Assembly (NCBI GenBank): GCA_965267575.1 | Contig: OZ254086.1 | Coordinates: 2,496,001-2,560,000, forward strand | Reading direction: 5' to 3' | Source: Calditrichales bacterium | GTDB taxonomy: Bacteria > Calditrichota > Calditrichia > Calditrichales > J004 | DNA length: 64,000 nt | Shown here: positions 19,754-29,457 of the stretch, piece by piece | Position numbering within the stretch: position 1 is the first letter of the stretch | How the letters are laid out: each line of letters opens with the position of its first letter | Program-made: the position numbers and the translations under genes | Notes under the pieces: model-generated | Told to the model about the DNA's origin: nothing | The model's database searches: none | The model's input: the letters and a program-made list of their open reading frames with translations, nothing else

Positions 19754-20088
19754 CTCCAAACCACTTACTTAATTAAAAACGCAGCCCATAATTTAACGCA
19801 AAATATTGTCGACTTAAACAGGCAAATATATAAAACAAGAAAGTAAAATTGGTTGCCTTTAATTCAAACTGAAATGAACGGGAATGACCATTCAGACTTT
19901 AACAAAACGGTCGCGCTGTTAGCAGAGCGCAGGTTAATAGGGCAGGCAATGTGCGCTAAATCAAATTTTAAGCGCAAAAGATAAAATCGATCTTCAGAAA
20001 GAAAACTATCCGTCGAAAAAAATAATGATCATTTAACTATAAAGCGAGTAAAAGAAATGGTGATATCTTGTTGATTAAGGAGGCAAGT

Positions 20089-20490
20089 ATGGCACGACGT
20101 CAAAACCGTTTCATATCCAACGTCTCAATTGAATGTGAAGCTGCAAAAACTGAAAGGGAGTATTCTCCGACACTTAAGAATATCAGCGTTGATGGAATGT
20201 GTTTTGCTTCCGAAACCGAATTGGCAATCAACGAAACGGTTATGATCACAATTCCAATGTTACAGCCAATGTTCCGTGTTGCCGCACGTGTGGTGTGGTG
20301 TGAGCACAACGGCCGTAATTATGATGTAGGCGTCCGTTTTATTCACGTGGAAAGCGGCTATCGCATTACGACAGTGGAAACGCTTCGCTATATCGATCAA
20401 TATCGTCGTCGCGTTTATAACTCGGAAGGCCGCCTGCTAAGCGGAGACCAGGCTTATAAAGAATTTGTCGAGAATATGCCTTTGCATTAA
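20089..20490 (+). CDS. PilZ domain protein
   Basis: RRQNR (RxxxR) and NISVDG (NxSxxG) motifs; AAGGAGG RBS. Confidence 0.85.
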   Translation: MARRQNRFISNVSIECEAAKTEREYSPTLKNISVDGMCFASETELAINETVMITIPMLQPMFRVAARVVWCEHNGRNYDVGVRFIHVESGYRITTVETLRYIDQYRRRVYNSEGRLLSGDQAYKEFVENMPLH

Positions 20491-20558
20491 CCACTATCGT
20501 ATCGCCGCGTTCGTCCCTTCCCCGCCTGCCATAAGTTATTTTTCTTCTTCTATCTACC

Positions 20559-22052
20559 CTAAAATAGTCTGTTTGCCAAGCTGGCAAGATTTGATGAAAC
20601 GGAGTTGTCCGTTCTTATATGCTCAAACGACATATCATATTCCTGTCCCGCGCGCACTGCCGGCATCTTGCAGGTTTCGCCTTCGAGTATTAGCAGGCGG
20701 ATACGCCGAGCCATACGGTGGGCCAGGGTGATATCCATATTATTGGGTTGTGCTCCGCGGATGTCGCGGGAAAAAGCTTCACATATAACGCGCTGTTTTG
20801 TGTCCAGTCCGGATTTTACAAGCTCATCACGGAAATATTCTGCGGCGTTGCCCTTGTAGCCCTTTTCCTTGCGCTCGTTTTCCTTATAACCTTCAGCAAC
20901 CACAATCACCGTTTCGCTGCGCGGATTTATGGCGTTGGCAATTTTTTCAAGGTCCAGCTCGGCGTTTGGCAATACGGCCAGGTGTCCACCCGCGCCTAAG
21001 CAGGAGTGCAGCGCGTGATAACCGCCACGGGCACCCATCATCTCTATGATGTAGCAGCGGTTGTGCGTACGCGCGTCTGCCAGGTAACCGCGGATCTTGT
21101 CGGCGCCGACCTCCACGCCGGTAAACTCACCAATGCAGCTTGTACCCCAGATATCACTATCGATGGTAACGGGAATAAAAAAGAGCTGAATATCATCAGG
21201 AAGCCAGTGCGCCAGCGCTTTTATGCCTTTCAGCGTACCGTCTCCGCCGATACCAACAACAACGCGAACCTTACGATCCAATATGTTTTTGGCAGCGCGT
21301 TTCTGGATATCGTGTTCGCGGAATTCCGGATAACGCTCGGAGCGGAAATCGGCGCCACGGGCCGCGCGAAGAGGCGGGGAGAACATCACGCCGCGGATAT
21401 GCTCAAGCTGCTGGTAGCGGTCTTTGTCGTAGATCAGGCAGCGGTAATCGGTATTAAGGTTGTTGACAATCGAACGGAATCCTTCCGCGGCCACAAACAC
21501 CTGGCGGTTTGCCTTTTCGAGGTATTCTGAAATATAGGCGGTTACCGGATTATAACCCGGCGCACAGCCCCCATCCTGGATAAGCAGCACATCCATCTCG
21601 TTATAAAGCGTTTCATCATCGGGAGCAACCATGCTGTTATGCTCGGCCAGCCCGCGGTAAAACTGCCTGCTTACCGCAAGCGGAAGCTTTTTGGCATTGT
21701 TGATTGCCTCTACGGGCACTTTCAGCAATCGGCCCGGCGTACGCGAACGCATGGTGGTTGTGCGGCGCTTTTTGCCGATCATGCACATATCACCAAAAAG
21801 ATCACCGGGGTAAAAAATACGCAGCCTGTGACCAAACTTTTCCTGGCAAAATTCGCCTTCTTCAACGATATATGCGGCATCGGCTTCATCATGCTCATTA
21901 TAGACCAGCTCTTCCATGTCATATTCATATCGCGTCAAAATCGACATGAAGCTCCTGACCTGTTGATCACTCATATAGTGCAGCACAAGCGCTTTTTTTA
22001 AAATCTTCTTGATTGACTCGTCTGCCTGATCAATCGGGTATTCCCGTGGCAT
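20559..22052 (-). CDS. cNMP-binding domain fused to 6-phosphofructokinase-family domain
   Basis: N-term AYIVEEG..PGDLFGDM..RRTTT; C-term GGCAPGYN, GIGGDGT, PVTIDSDI, IIEMMG, VVAEG, RGAQP. Confidence 0.85.
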   Translation of the reverse strand: MPREYPIDQADESIKKILKKALVLHYMSDQQVRSFMSILTRYEYDMEELVYNEHDEADAAYIVEEGEFCQEKFGHRLRIFYPGDLFGDMCMIGKKRRTTTMRSRTPGRLLKVPVEAINNAKKLPLAVSRQFYRGLAEHNSMVAPDDETLYNEMDVLLIQDGGCAPGYNPVTAYISEYLEKANRQVFVAAEGFRSIVNNLNTDYRCLIYDKDRYQQLEHIRGVMFSPPLRAARGADFRSERYPEFREHDIQKRAAKNILDRKVRVVVGIGGDGTLKGIKALAHWLPDDIQLFFIPVTIDSDIWGTSCIGEFTGVEVGADKIRGYLADARTHNRCYIIEMMGARGGYHALHSCLGAGGHLAVLPNAELDLEKIANAINPRSETVIVVAEGYKENERKEKGYKGNAAEYFRDELVKSGLDTKQRVICEAFSRDIRGAQPNNMDITLAHRMARRIRLLILEGETCKMPAVRAGQEYDMSFEHIRTDNSVSSNLASLANRLF

Positions 22053-22070
22053 CGTCCTTTCTCCAATCCT

Positions 22071-24587
22071 TTAAAATTTTATCGAAACCGGTTTAACGTT
22101 CCATATTTCTTCAGCATACTGCTTGATAGTTCTGTCGCTGCTGAAATAACCCATATAGGCCGTGTTGAGAATCGACATGCGTGTCCAGTGGTCAACGTCT
22201 TTAAAGGCCCTGTTAACTTTCTCCTGGCATTCAATGTAAGCATCAAAATCGGCCAAAATCATATAATGATCGTTATTAAACAGGCTTTCAATGAGTGGCT
22301 TGAACGTATCGCTGTCGCCATGCGAAAAAGTGCCGTTTGCGATCATATCGATCACTGTGCGCAATTCCTCGTTCTTTTCCAGGTAGTGATGGGGATTGTG
22401 TCCCTCTCGCCGCCTCCGTTCCACCTCATCGGCCTGCAGGCCAAAGATGAATATGTTTTCATCACCCACGGCGTCTTTTATCTCAATATTTGCTCCATCC
22501 AGCGTGCCTATTGTGACGGCGCCGTTTAAGGCAAATTTCATGTTGCCCGTACCGGATGCCTCCATGCCCGCCGTTGATATCTGCTCGGAAAGGTCTGCCG
22601 CGGGGATGATTTTCTGCGCCAGTGTAACCGAATAATTGGGTAGAAACAGCAGCTTCAGCTTATCGCTTGTTTGCGGGTCGTTGTTGATTACCTCGGCCAC
22701 ATTATTAATCAGCCTGATAATCAGCTTAGCAGTGAAATAACCCGGCGCCGCTTTGCCTGCAAACAGTACCGTGCGCGCGGGAACATCCAGATCGGGCTGT
22801 TTCTTGAGGCGGTTGTAGAGCGTTACCACATGCAACAAATTGAGGAACTGCCGCTTGTACTCATGTAGACGTTTTATTTGCACATCGAACATGCTGTCCG
22901 GATTCAGTTCCACATTAAAATTTTCCTTGATGTATTTGGCCAGATGGTGCTTGTTCACTTTCTTGACCGATTTCCAGGCCTTGCGGAATTCTTCATCGTC
23001 CACATGCTTGCCCAGTTCCTGCAGCTTGAACAGGTCTTTCATCCAGGCGTCGCCGATGCGCTGCTGCAACAGGTCGCTCAGTTCCCAGTTGGCAAGCATC
23101 AGCCAGCGCCTTTGGGTTACGCCATTTGTTTTATTGTTAAGCAGTTTGGGATACATGGCATGAAAATCGTGAAATACCCGCTGCCGCAGGATATCCGTGT
23201 GCAAGGCGGCCACACCGTTTACCGAGTGGCTGCCCACGATCGCCAGGTTAGCCATGCGAACGCGCTTTTCCTCACCTTCCTCAATAAGCGATACCCGCCG
23301 CAACCGTTCGATGTCATCAGGGTAAAGACGGATCACGCTATCAAGGAAACGGCGGTTTATCTCATAAATAAGCTGCATGTGACGCGGCAGGACATATTCC
23401 AGCATCGGTACGCTCCAGCGCTCCAGAGCCTCTGCCAGGATCGTATGGTTCGTATAGGCAAAAGTCTTTTTGGTGATCTCCCAGGCCTTTTCCCAGGTCA
23501 GCTTTTCCTCGTCCAGCAGAATGCGCATCAGCTCCGGAATGCAAAGGGCCGGGTGTGTGTCATTCAGTTGAACGGCGACTTTGTCGGGAAAACGCTGGAA
23601 GTTGTTTTTATGGATTTTTTTAAAGCGCCGCACAATATCCTGCAGCGTCGCCGATACCATGAAATACTCCTGTTTCAGCCGCAGCTCTTTGCCGCGTAAA
23701 ACATGGTCGTTTGGATAAAGTATTTTGGAAATCGTTTCCGATTCGATCTGCTCCAGCACGGCACGGTCGTATTCGCCGTGGTTAAAATAGGCCAGGTTGA
23801 ATTCACGCGAAGATTTGGCGCTCCACAGGCGCAGGTTATTCACCGTATTGTTTTTGAAACCGGGAATCGGAGTGTCATAGGCCATGGCCACAACATCTTC
23901 CGTATCCACCCATTTGAAGGTATTGCGGCCGCCGTCGTCTTTGTACTCCACTACTTTCCCGTAGAAGCGAACAGGATAGATATATTCGGGCCGCTCAATT
24001 TCCCAGGGGTTGCCATAACGCAGCCAGTTGTCGGGCGATTCCACCTGCTCGCCGTTTACAAAGCGCTGTTGAAACAAACCGTATTCGTAGCGAATGCCAT
24101 AACCGTAAGCGGGGAGCTCCAGGGTTGCCATGGAGTCCAGAAAGCAAGCCGCGAGGCGTCCCAAACCACCGTTTCCCAAAGCCGGATCATCTTCCATATC
24201 GCGCAGCAGTTCCAGGCGAAAGCCTAGTTCGTGCAATGCGTTATACATATTATGATAGAGCCCGAGGTTGAGCAGGGCATTACCCAGCGTGCGGCCCATC
24301 AAAAATTCCATCGATATGTAATAGACCCTCTTGGCATCTTCGCGGTAATAGGTCTGCTGCGTGGCGATCCAGCGTTCTATGAGGCGGTCGCGAACAGTTA
24401 GTGCCGCGGCTTTAAAGCAATCGCGCTCTGTTGCGGAAAAGCGGTCTTTGGCCAGCGAGAACTCCAGATGGTCGACGAAGGCGCTTTCCAGCGCGCTTAC
24501 GTCCATGCCTTTTAGGCGGTTGGTGCTTGGCGAAAGCTTTGCGAAAGGGACATTACGTGTTTTAGCTGTTTTGGAATTTTGTGCCAT
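22071..24587 (-). CDS. glgP: Glycogen/starch phosphorylase
   Basis: LGNGGLGRLAACF, QLNDTHP, KRLHEYKRQ, EASGTGNMK (PLP lysine). Confidence 0.97.
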   Translation of the reverse strand: MAQNSKTAKTRNVPFAKLSPSTNRLKGMDVSALESAFVDHLEFSLAKDRFSATERDCFKAAALTVRDRLIERWIATQQTYYREDAKRVYYISMEFLMGRTLGNALLNLGLYHNMYNALHELGFRLELLRDMEDDPALGNGGLGRLAACFLDSMATLELPAYGYGIRYEYGLFQQRFVNGEQVESPDNWLRYGNPWEIERPEYIYPVRFYGKVVEYKDDGGRNTFKWVDTEDVVAMAYDTPIPGFKNNTVNNLRLWSAKSSREFNLAYFNHGEYDRAVLEQIESETISKILYPNDHVLRGKELRLKQEYFMVSATLQDIVRRFKKIHKNNFQRFPDKVAVQLNDTHPALCIPELMRILLDEEKLTWEKAWEITKKTFAYTNHTILAEALERWSVPMLEYVLPRHMQLIYEINRRFLDSVIRLYPDDIERLRRVSLIEEGEEKRVRMANLAIVGSHSVNGVAALHTDILRQRVFHDFHAMYPKLLNNKTNGVTQRRWLMLANWELSDLLQQRIGDAWMKDLFKLQELGKHVDDEEFRKAWKSVKKVNKHHLAKYIKENFNVELNPDSMFDVQIKRLHEYKRQFLNLLHVVTLYNRLKKQPDLDVPARTVLFAGKAAPGYFTAKLIIRLINNVAEVINNDPQTSDKLKLLFLPNYSVTLAQKIIPAADLSEQISTAGMEASGTGNMKFALNGAVTIGTLDGANIEIKDAVGDENIFIFGLQADEVERRRREGHNPHHYLEKNEELRTVIDMIANGTFSHGDSDTFKPLIESLFNNDHYMILADFDAYIECQEKVNRAFKDVDHWTRMSILNTAYMGYFSSDRTIKQYAEEIWNVKPVSIKF

Positions 24588-24753
24588 ATATGTGTCTCTT
24601 TGTGATGTTTTACGGGTGTTAGCGGGTAGTATCGGAAGATTTGCTGAAACTGTTTATTAAGCCCTTTAATTTTTAAGGGACAAATATACAAATCGTTTAA
24701 AAGCGATACCTCATATTGAATCAGCAGAATCCAAAATTAAACTTCGATCACGA

Positions 24754-25470
24754 TCAGCTTCTTGCCCGGCGATAGGCGCTGCGCACTGCTTCCAGGGTAC
24801 GGTAGCCGAAAACGCCAAATTCACGCTCGGCGTTAAAAACCTCCAGCCCGCTGCGCTGATTGTAGTCCTTCTGAAAGCGGATAAGAGCGTCATGGGTTGA
24901 AGGACGCGCACCGTCGATGGGACCGTTGTAAAAGTCAAGATCGCGCATAATCTTCTGGATTAGCTTAAAGGCGTCTTCCTTCTCCGTGCTGTCCAGGCGC
25001 AGTGAAATGTTGGAGCCGAATTCGGGGATCATTTTTTCCAGCAGGAACAGGCGGTGGGCGTAATGCTTACGCTGTGTTTGCAGCTCTTCGCTTTCTGCAG
25101 CCAGGTTGCGGATAGTATCAATGGCAGCAGACGGTTCGATGCCGGACGGGAAACGCTTGTTATCCAGCAGTGTCAGGTTGCCCGTTGCGATGCTGGTCAA
25201 TTGAAGATCATCCAGTTCTTCGCAGCAGGCTTGCGCGGAGGGATCGCTTATTTCTCCTTCATCGCCATTGCCGTAAACCTGTGCAGCAAAACCAATCACG
25301 CATAAAACAACAGAAAACGCCATGAACGTATAGGTCGCTTTTATGATGGATGAACGCGGTTCACGCTTTTGCTCCTGCGCCAACAGACGAAACGCCAGCA
25401 GCGCCAGCAAAAAGCCCAGACCTATAACACCGTAACCCAGTATATCATAGGGATTCACATTTTCAAACAT
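24754..25470 (-). CDS. Two-TM membrane protein with peptidoglycan-binding-like C-terminus
   Basis: IQKIMRDLDFYNGPIDG..THDALIRFQ resembles PG_binding_1. Confidence 0.55.
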   Translation of the reverse strand: MFENVNPYDILGYGVIGLGFLLALLAFRLLAQEQKREPRSSIIKATYTFMAFSVVLCVIGFAAQVYGNGDEGEISDPSAQACCEELDDLQLTSIATGNLTLLDNKRFPSGIEPSAAIDTIRNLAAESEELQTQRKHYAHRLFLLEKMIPEFGSNISLRLDSTEKEDAFKLIQKIMRDLDFYNGPIDGARPSTHDALIRFQKDYNQRSGLEVFNAEREFGVFGYRTLEAVRSAYRRARS

Positions 25471-25638
25471 GTCGCCTCCGCGTTGGACAGGACAATCGGT
25501 ATAGAAACAAACAACGTGATATCAGACGCAGTTTAGGGATGGGAGGGATGCGGTGCAAGGGAGATATTGAACTTGCATTTGCTAGCCAGGAAAGTGTATA
25601 ATTGTACACCCTTTGATGGAAATATATAAAATGATTGT

Positions 25639-26700
25639 ATGAGCGATTTTAACAAACCCTTTATCATAAAAGGCCGGGGCAGCGCGCATAACCCGGCCAA
25701 CCGTTTTGAAAAAATAGATTACGTGCCCGACGACGATGTGGCCGGGGAAGAGCAACGCCCTCCAACGCGCTTTTTCCAGGACACTTCCAAATCGCTTATC
25801 TCCTACAACCAAAGTCCGGACGTAGGCGTGGATGCGTTTATAAATCCCTACCGTGGCTGTGAACATGGCTGCGCCTACTGTTATGCGCGTCCCTACCATG
25901 AATATCTCGGGCTCTCCGCGGGTCTGGATTTTGAAACGCAGATCTTTATTAAGGAAGATGCTCCAAAATTGCTGCGCCGCGAGTTGAGCCATCCCAAATA
26001 CAAACCGCAGCCGATCGGCCTGAGCGGCATTACCGATCCCTACCAGCCGGCGGAAAAACATTTCCGGCTGACGCGTGGTTGTCTGGAAGTGCTGGCTGAA
26101 TTCCGCAATCCGGTGGGCATAATTACCAAGAACCATCTTGTAACCCGGGACATTGATTTGTTGCAGGAACTGGCCCGCCATGATGCCGTGGCCGTGGCGG
26201 TTTCTGTCACCACGCTGGATAATGACCTATCCCGCAAACTTGAGCCGCGCACCAGTTCTCCTCAGCGCCGCCTGGAAGCTATCCGCAAACTAGGTGATGC
26301 CGGTATCCCCACGCGTGTGATGGTTGCCCCGGTGGTGCCGGGTCTTACTGACCACGAAATGCCGGCTATTCTGAAGGCGGTTGCCGGGGCCGGGGCAAGC
26401 CACGCTACGTATATCATGATGCGCCTTCCACATGGCGTGAAAGAGCTGATGGAATCGTGGCTGGAGCGCCATTTCCCGGATCGCAAGGAAAAGGTGCTTA
26501 ACCGTGTCCGCGATCTGCGCGAAGGCGAATTATATAAAAGCGACTATTTTAAACGGATGAAGGGCACGGGCGTATTTGCCGAACAGGTAGCGCAGATGTT
26601 CAAGGCCACCTGCGATAAAGTGGGCTTAAACAGGGAAAAGGTAAAATTATCAACCGCACACTTTCGCCGACCGCAGGGCGAACAGATGCGGCTGTTTTAG
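25639..26700 (+). CDS. Radical SAM protein, PA0069/Rv2578c (SPL-like) family
   Basis: NPYRGCEHGCAYCYAR, TDPYQPAE, LEPRT. Confidence 0.9.
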   Translation: MSDFNKPFIIKGRGSAHNPANRFEKIDYVPDDDVAGEEQRPPTRFFQDTSKSLISYNQSPDVGVDAFINPYRGCEHGCAYCYARPYHEYLGLSAGLDFETQIFIKEDAPKLLRRELSHPKYKPQPIGLSGITDPYQPAEKHFRLTRGCLEVLAEFRNPVGIITKNHLVTRDIDLLQELARHDAVAVAVSVTTLDNDLSRKLEPRTSSPQRRLEAIRKLGDAGIPTRVMVAPVVPGLTDHEMPAILKAVAGAGASHATYIMMRLPHGVKELMESWLERHFPDRKEKVLNRVRDLREGELYKSDYFKRMKGTGVFAEQVAQMFKATCDKVGLNREKVKLSTAHFRRPQGEQMRLF

Positions 26701-26759
26701 AGATATATCCACTTATTATCTTGGTTTTACCACAATGGGTTCTATGAATGTTATTTGTT

Positions 26760-26791
26760 ATTTCATGAAGTAGTATGTAAATTTCATGAAA
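26760..26791. promoter_or_regulatory. Tandem TTCATGAA palindromes, candidate vapBC operator
   Basis: ATTTCATGAAG and ATTTCATGAAA starting 21 bp apart directly upstream of the antitoxin. Confidence 0.65.
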
Positions 26792-26809
26792 AAATAACAG
26801 GGGACTTTT

Positions 26810-27076
26810 ATGGCAAATTTACAGGTAAAGGATATTGACGACCGGCTGTACAAGGCCCTGAAGCAAAGGGCCAAAATGGAAAAGCGATCCTTGAGTCAGG
26901 AGGTTGTCAAAATATTGGAAGAATACCTGAGCAGACCTCAAAAGGGCTTAAATCGTGTTGAGGCTTTCCTTGAATTGTCATGGGATGACCACAGGGAGAC
27001 TGAAGAAATCATCGCTGAAATAAGGCAGCGTCACGACAGCCAAAGATTTTCAGGAAATAGCAATGTATTTGATTGA
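26810..27076 (+). CDS. vapB: FitA/VapB-like ribbon-helix-helix antitoxin
   Basis: MANLQVKDIDDRLYKALKQRAK..RSLSQEV; overlaps PIN toxin gene. Confidence 0.85.
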   Translation: MANLQVKDIDDRLYKALKQRAKMEKRSLSQEVVKILEEYLSRPQKGLNRVEAFLELSWDDHRETEEIIAEIRQRHDSQRFSGNSNVFD

Positions 27077-27476
27077 TACTGATATTTTGGTTTACAGCTT
27101 AAAGCGGCATCCTCAGGTAATTGCCCATTTCACTGAGCGTAAAAACCTTCCCATGTCTATTTCTGTAATTAACTATGGGGAGTTAGTCTTTGGGGCTAAA
27201 AAGTCCAAATACGTTGAAAAAAATATGGCAAAAGTAAGATTTATTGCCGAGCTGTTTCCAATTATCGAAGTGTCAAAAGCCGTAATTGAAAGTTTTGGAG
27301 AATTGAAGGCTGGTCTTAAACTTGCCGGGAAGCCCATCTCTGACATGGATTTACTAATTGCTTCAACCGCAATGGTACATAATCTTATTCTTGTAACAAA
27401 TAATGTTAAGCATTTTCAACGGCTTGAAGATTTAGAGATTGAAAACTGGACACAAAAAAATCCCACCACAAAGTGA
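27063..27476 (+). CDS. vapC: VapC PIN-domain toxin
   Basis: YLIDTDI, DLLIASTA, LVTNNVKHF. Confidence 0.92.
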   Translation: MYLIDTDILVYSLKRHPQVIAHFTERKNLPMSISVINYGELVFGAKKSKYVEKNMAKVRFIAELFPIIEVSKAVIESFGELKAGLKLAGKPISDMDLLIASTAMVHNLILVTNNVKHFQRLEDLEIENWTQKNPTTK

Positions 27477-27484
27477 TGGGATTT
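27454..27484 (-). terminator. Intrinsic terminator of the aconitase operon
   Basis: AAATCCCA..TGGGATTT stem with A7 run (U tail on minus strand). Confidence 0.6.
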
Positions 27485-27492
27485 CAGAACTT

Positions 27493-27993
27493 CTAGGCTT
27501 CTTGTGCTATTAGCCTTTTCCTCGTATAGGGAATTAACCCGCCGGCATCAATAATCTCCTGCCGTGTTTTGGAGTGCGGAATCACTTCAAAGCTTTTTCC
27601 ACCGCTTTTATTTATGACTTTGTCATCTGTAATCTCCAAAGTATCACCCGCCTGCGCTTCGATCTCGGGGCACACGACGGTTTGCAGGCCCAGGTTGATC
27701 GCATTCTGCAGAAAAATACGGGCAAAGCTTTTGGCAACTATGATAAGGCCGTGGCCTTTAAGCGTACTGGCCGCCTGTTCACGCGATGAGCCGCAGCCAA
27801 AATTGGCGCCACCCACAATTACACTGCCCTCCGGCACGGCTCCATTAACCAGCTTGTTATTTAATTCCGTATCATCCGCGAAACAAAAACGCGGAGTCTC
27901 CGATGGCAATACCGTGGCCATAAAGCGACCGGGATATATTTCATCCGTAGAAATGTCGTTGCCCATTACGGCAATCACTTGTGCTGTTTTCAT
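27493..27993 (-). CDS. Aconitase-family small subunit (LeuD/HacB/LysU-like)
   Basis: DISTDEIYPG, NFGCGSSREQA, SFARIFLQNAINLG. Confidence 0.9.
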   Translation of the reverse strand: MKTAQVIAVMGNDISTDEIYPGRFMATVLPSETPRFCFADDTELNNKLVNGAVPEGSVIVGGANFGCGSSREQAASTLKGHGLIIVAKSFARIFLQNAINLGLQTVVCPEIEAQAGDTLEITDDKVINKSGGKSFEVIPHSKTRQEIIDAGGLIPYTRKRLIAQEA

Positions 27994-29288
27994 GCTGCTG
28001 CTTCTCCTTCCCGCGGATCGCTGATAAAGCCGGTTATGGCGCTTGCCGCCGCTACCGCCGCCGAGCTCAGGTAGACTTCCGCGCCGGCGTTGCCCATACG
28101 TCCTTTAAAATTCCTGTTGGTGGTGGAGATTGCCACATCACCGTCACCGAGGGCGCCCTGGTGCACGCCCAGGCAGCAGCCACAATTCGGATTCATGATC
28201 ACCGCTCCGGCATCCATAAGATCCGTCAGATAACCCAACCGCATGGCTTCTTTATAAATACGCCATGAGGCGGGGAAAACCAGCATCCGTACGCCTTTGG
28301 CCACTTTGTGTCCTTTTAATATCTGTGCGGCCGATTGCAGATCTTCCAGCCGCCCATTGGTGCAGGAACCGATCACCACCTGGTTTACGGCCACGCCCCG
28401 CACCATGCTTACCGGCCGTACGTTGTCCACCATGTGCGGGCAGGCAATCTGCGGCGATAAAGTTGAAACATCGATTTCGAGAACCTGGTCATAACGCGCA
28501 TCTTGGTCGGGCTGCAGCAGGTTTAACGCACCTTTTACATGTGCTTCTTCGCGCAGGTAGCGTTCCGTTTCCGTGTCGGGAACGACAATGCCCGATGTAG
28601 CACCGGCTTCCACCGACATGTTGGAAAGCGTCAACCGCCCCGAAGTGGACATCTTGCGGATGGCTTCACCGTGAAATTCCAGGACCTTAAAGTTGGCACC
28701 CTGCGCCGAGATTTTGCCGATGATATACAGGATCAGGTCTTTCGGCTGTACCCAGGGATGAAATTCGCCCTTTACGTTCACTTTAATCGTCCCCGGCACC
28801 TGCACATTCAGCACGCTGCCCAATGCCCAGACGCTGGCCATTTCCGTGGCGCCAATGCCGAAGGCAAACGCGCCGAGCGCGCCATGGCTGGTGGTGTGGC
28901 TGTCTGTACCCACCACAACGGAGCCGGGCAGCACATAGCCGTTTTCCGGCAGTATCTGATGACAGATGCCGCCTTCATCCCCGCGAATGTCGTGAAATTT
29001 CGATATGATCTGTTCGCCCACAAAAGCGCGCACTTTCTTCTGGTTGGTGGCTGTTTTGGCACTCTCGGCAGGCACGCGATGGTCAAAGATGATGGCGATT
29101 TTGTCTGCGTCCCAGACCTTCGCTTCGCGTCCCGTATCCTTATAAATTTCATAGAATTGGTTCAATACCAGCGCGGCGTTTTCATGCGACATGGCCAGGT
29201 CCACCTTTGGCTCGACAATATCGCCGGCCCGGACCGTGCTGTTGCCGCTGGCCCGCGCCAGGATTTTTTCAACAAGCGTCATACCCAT
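27990..29288 (-). CDS. Aconitase-family large subunit (LeuC/HacA/LysT-like)
   Basis: FDH, GICHQ, DSHT, IGSCTNGR, CGCCLG, STTNRNFKGRMG. Confidence 0.92.
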   Translation of the reverse strand: MGMTLVEKILARASGNSTVRAGDIVEPKVDLAMSHENAALVLNQFYEIYKDTGREAKVWDADKIAIIFDHRVPAESAKTATNQKKVRAFVGEQIISKFHDIRGDEGGICHQILPENGYVLPGSVVVGTDSHTTSHGALGAFAFGIGATEMASVWALGSVLNVQVPGTIKVNVKGEFHPWVQPKDLILYIIGKISAQGANFKVLEFHGEAIRKMSTSGRLTLSNMSVEAGATSGIVVPDTETERYLREEAHVKGALNLLQPDQDARYDQVLEIDVSTLSPQIACPHMVDNVRPVSMVRGVAVNQVVIGSCTNGRLEDLQSAAQILKGHKVAKGVRMLVFPASWRIYKEAMRLGYLTDLMDAGAVIMNPNCGCCLGVHQGALGDGDVAISTTNRNFKGRMGNAGAEVYLSSAAVAAASAITGFISDPREGEAAA

Positions 29289-29335
29289 GCTTTTTTCCTT
29301 TTAATTATGTATCACGATTTTTATATCGTGCACCT

Positions 29336-29435
29336 TTCACGCAATCATGATCATGTTCTTGATCATCCTCTTGATCTTGATCCTCTGCATGCATTGAACA
29401 GGACAAGAATGGATACCCGCCTTCGCGGGTATGAC
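29336..29435. repeat. GATCAT-type hexamer tract followed by REP-like palindrome
   Basis: ..ATCATGATCATGTTCTTGATCATCCTCTTGATCTTGATCC.. then GGATACCCGCCTTCGCGGGTATGAC. Confidence 0.75.
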
Positions 29436-29457
29436 ATTAATCTCCTGCTTTAATGCG

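Noticed and set aside
19818..19862. GGCAAA..GTTGCC resembling a c-di-GMP-I riboswitch upstream of PilZ
   Set aside because: Too short, and lacks the internal P2/P3 hairpins
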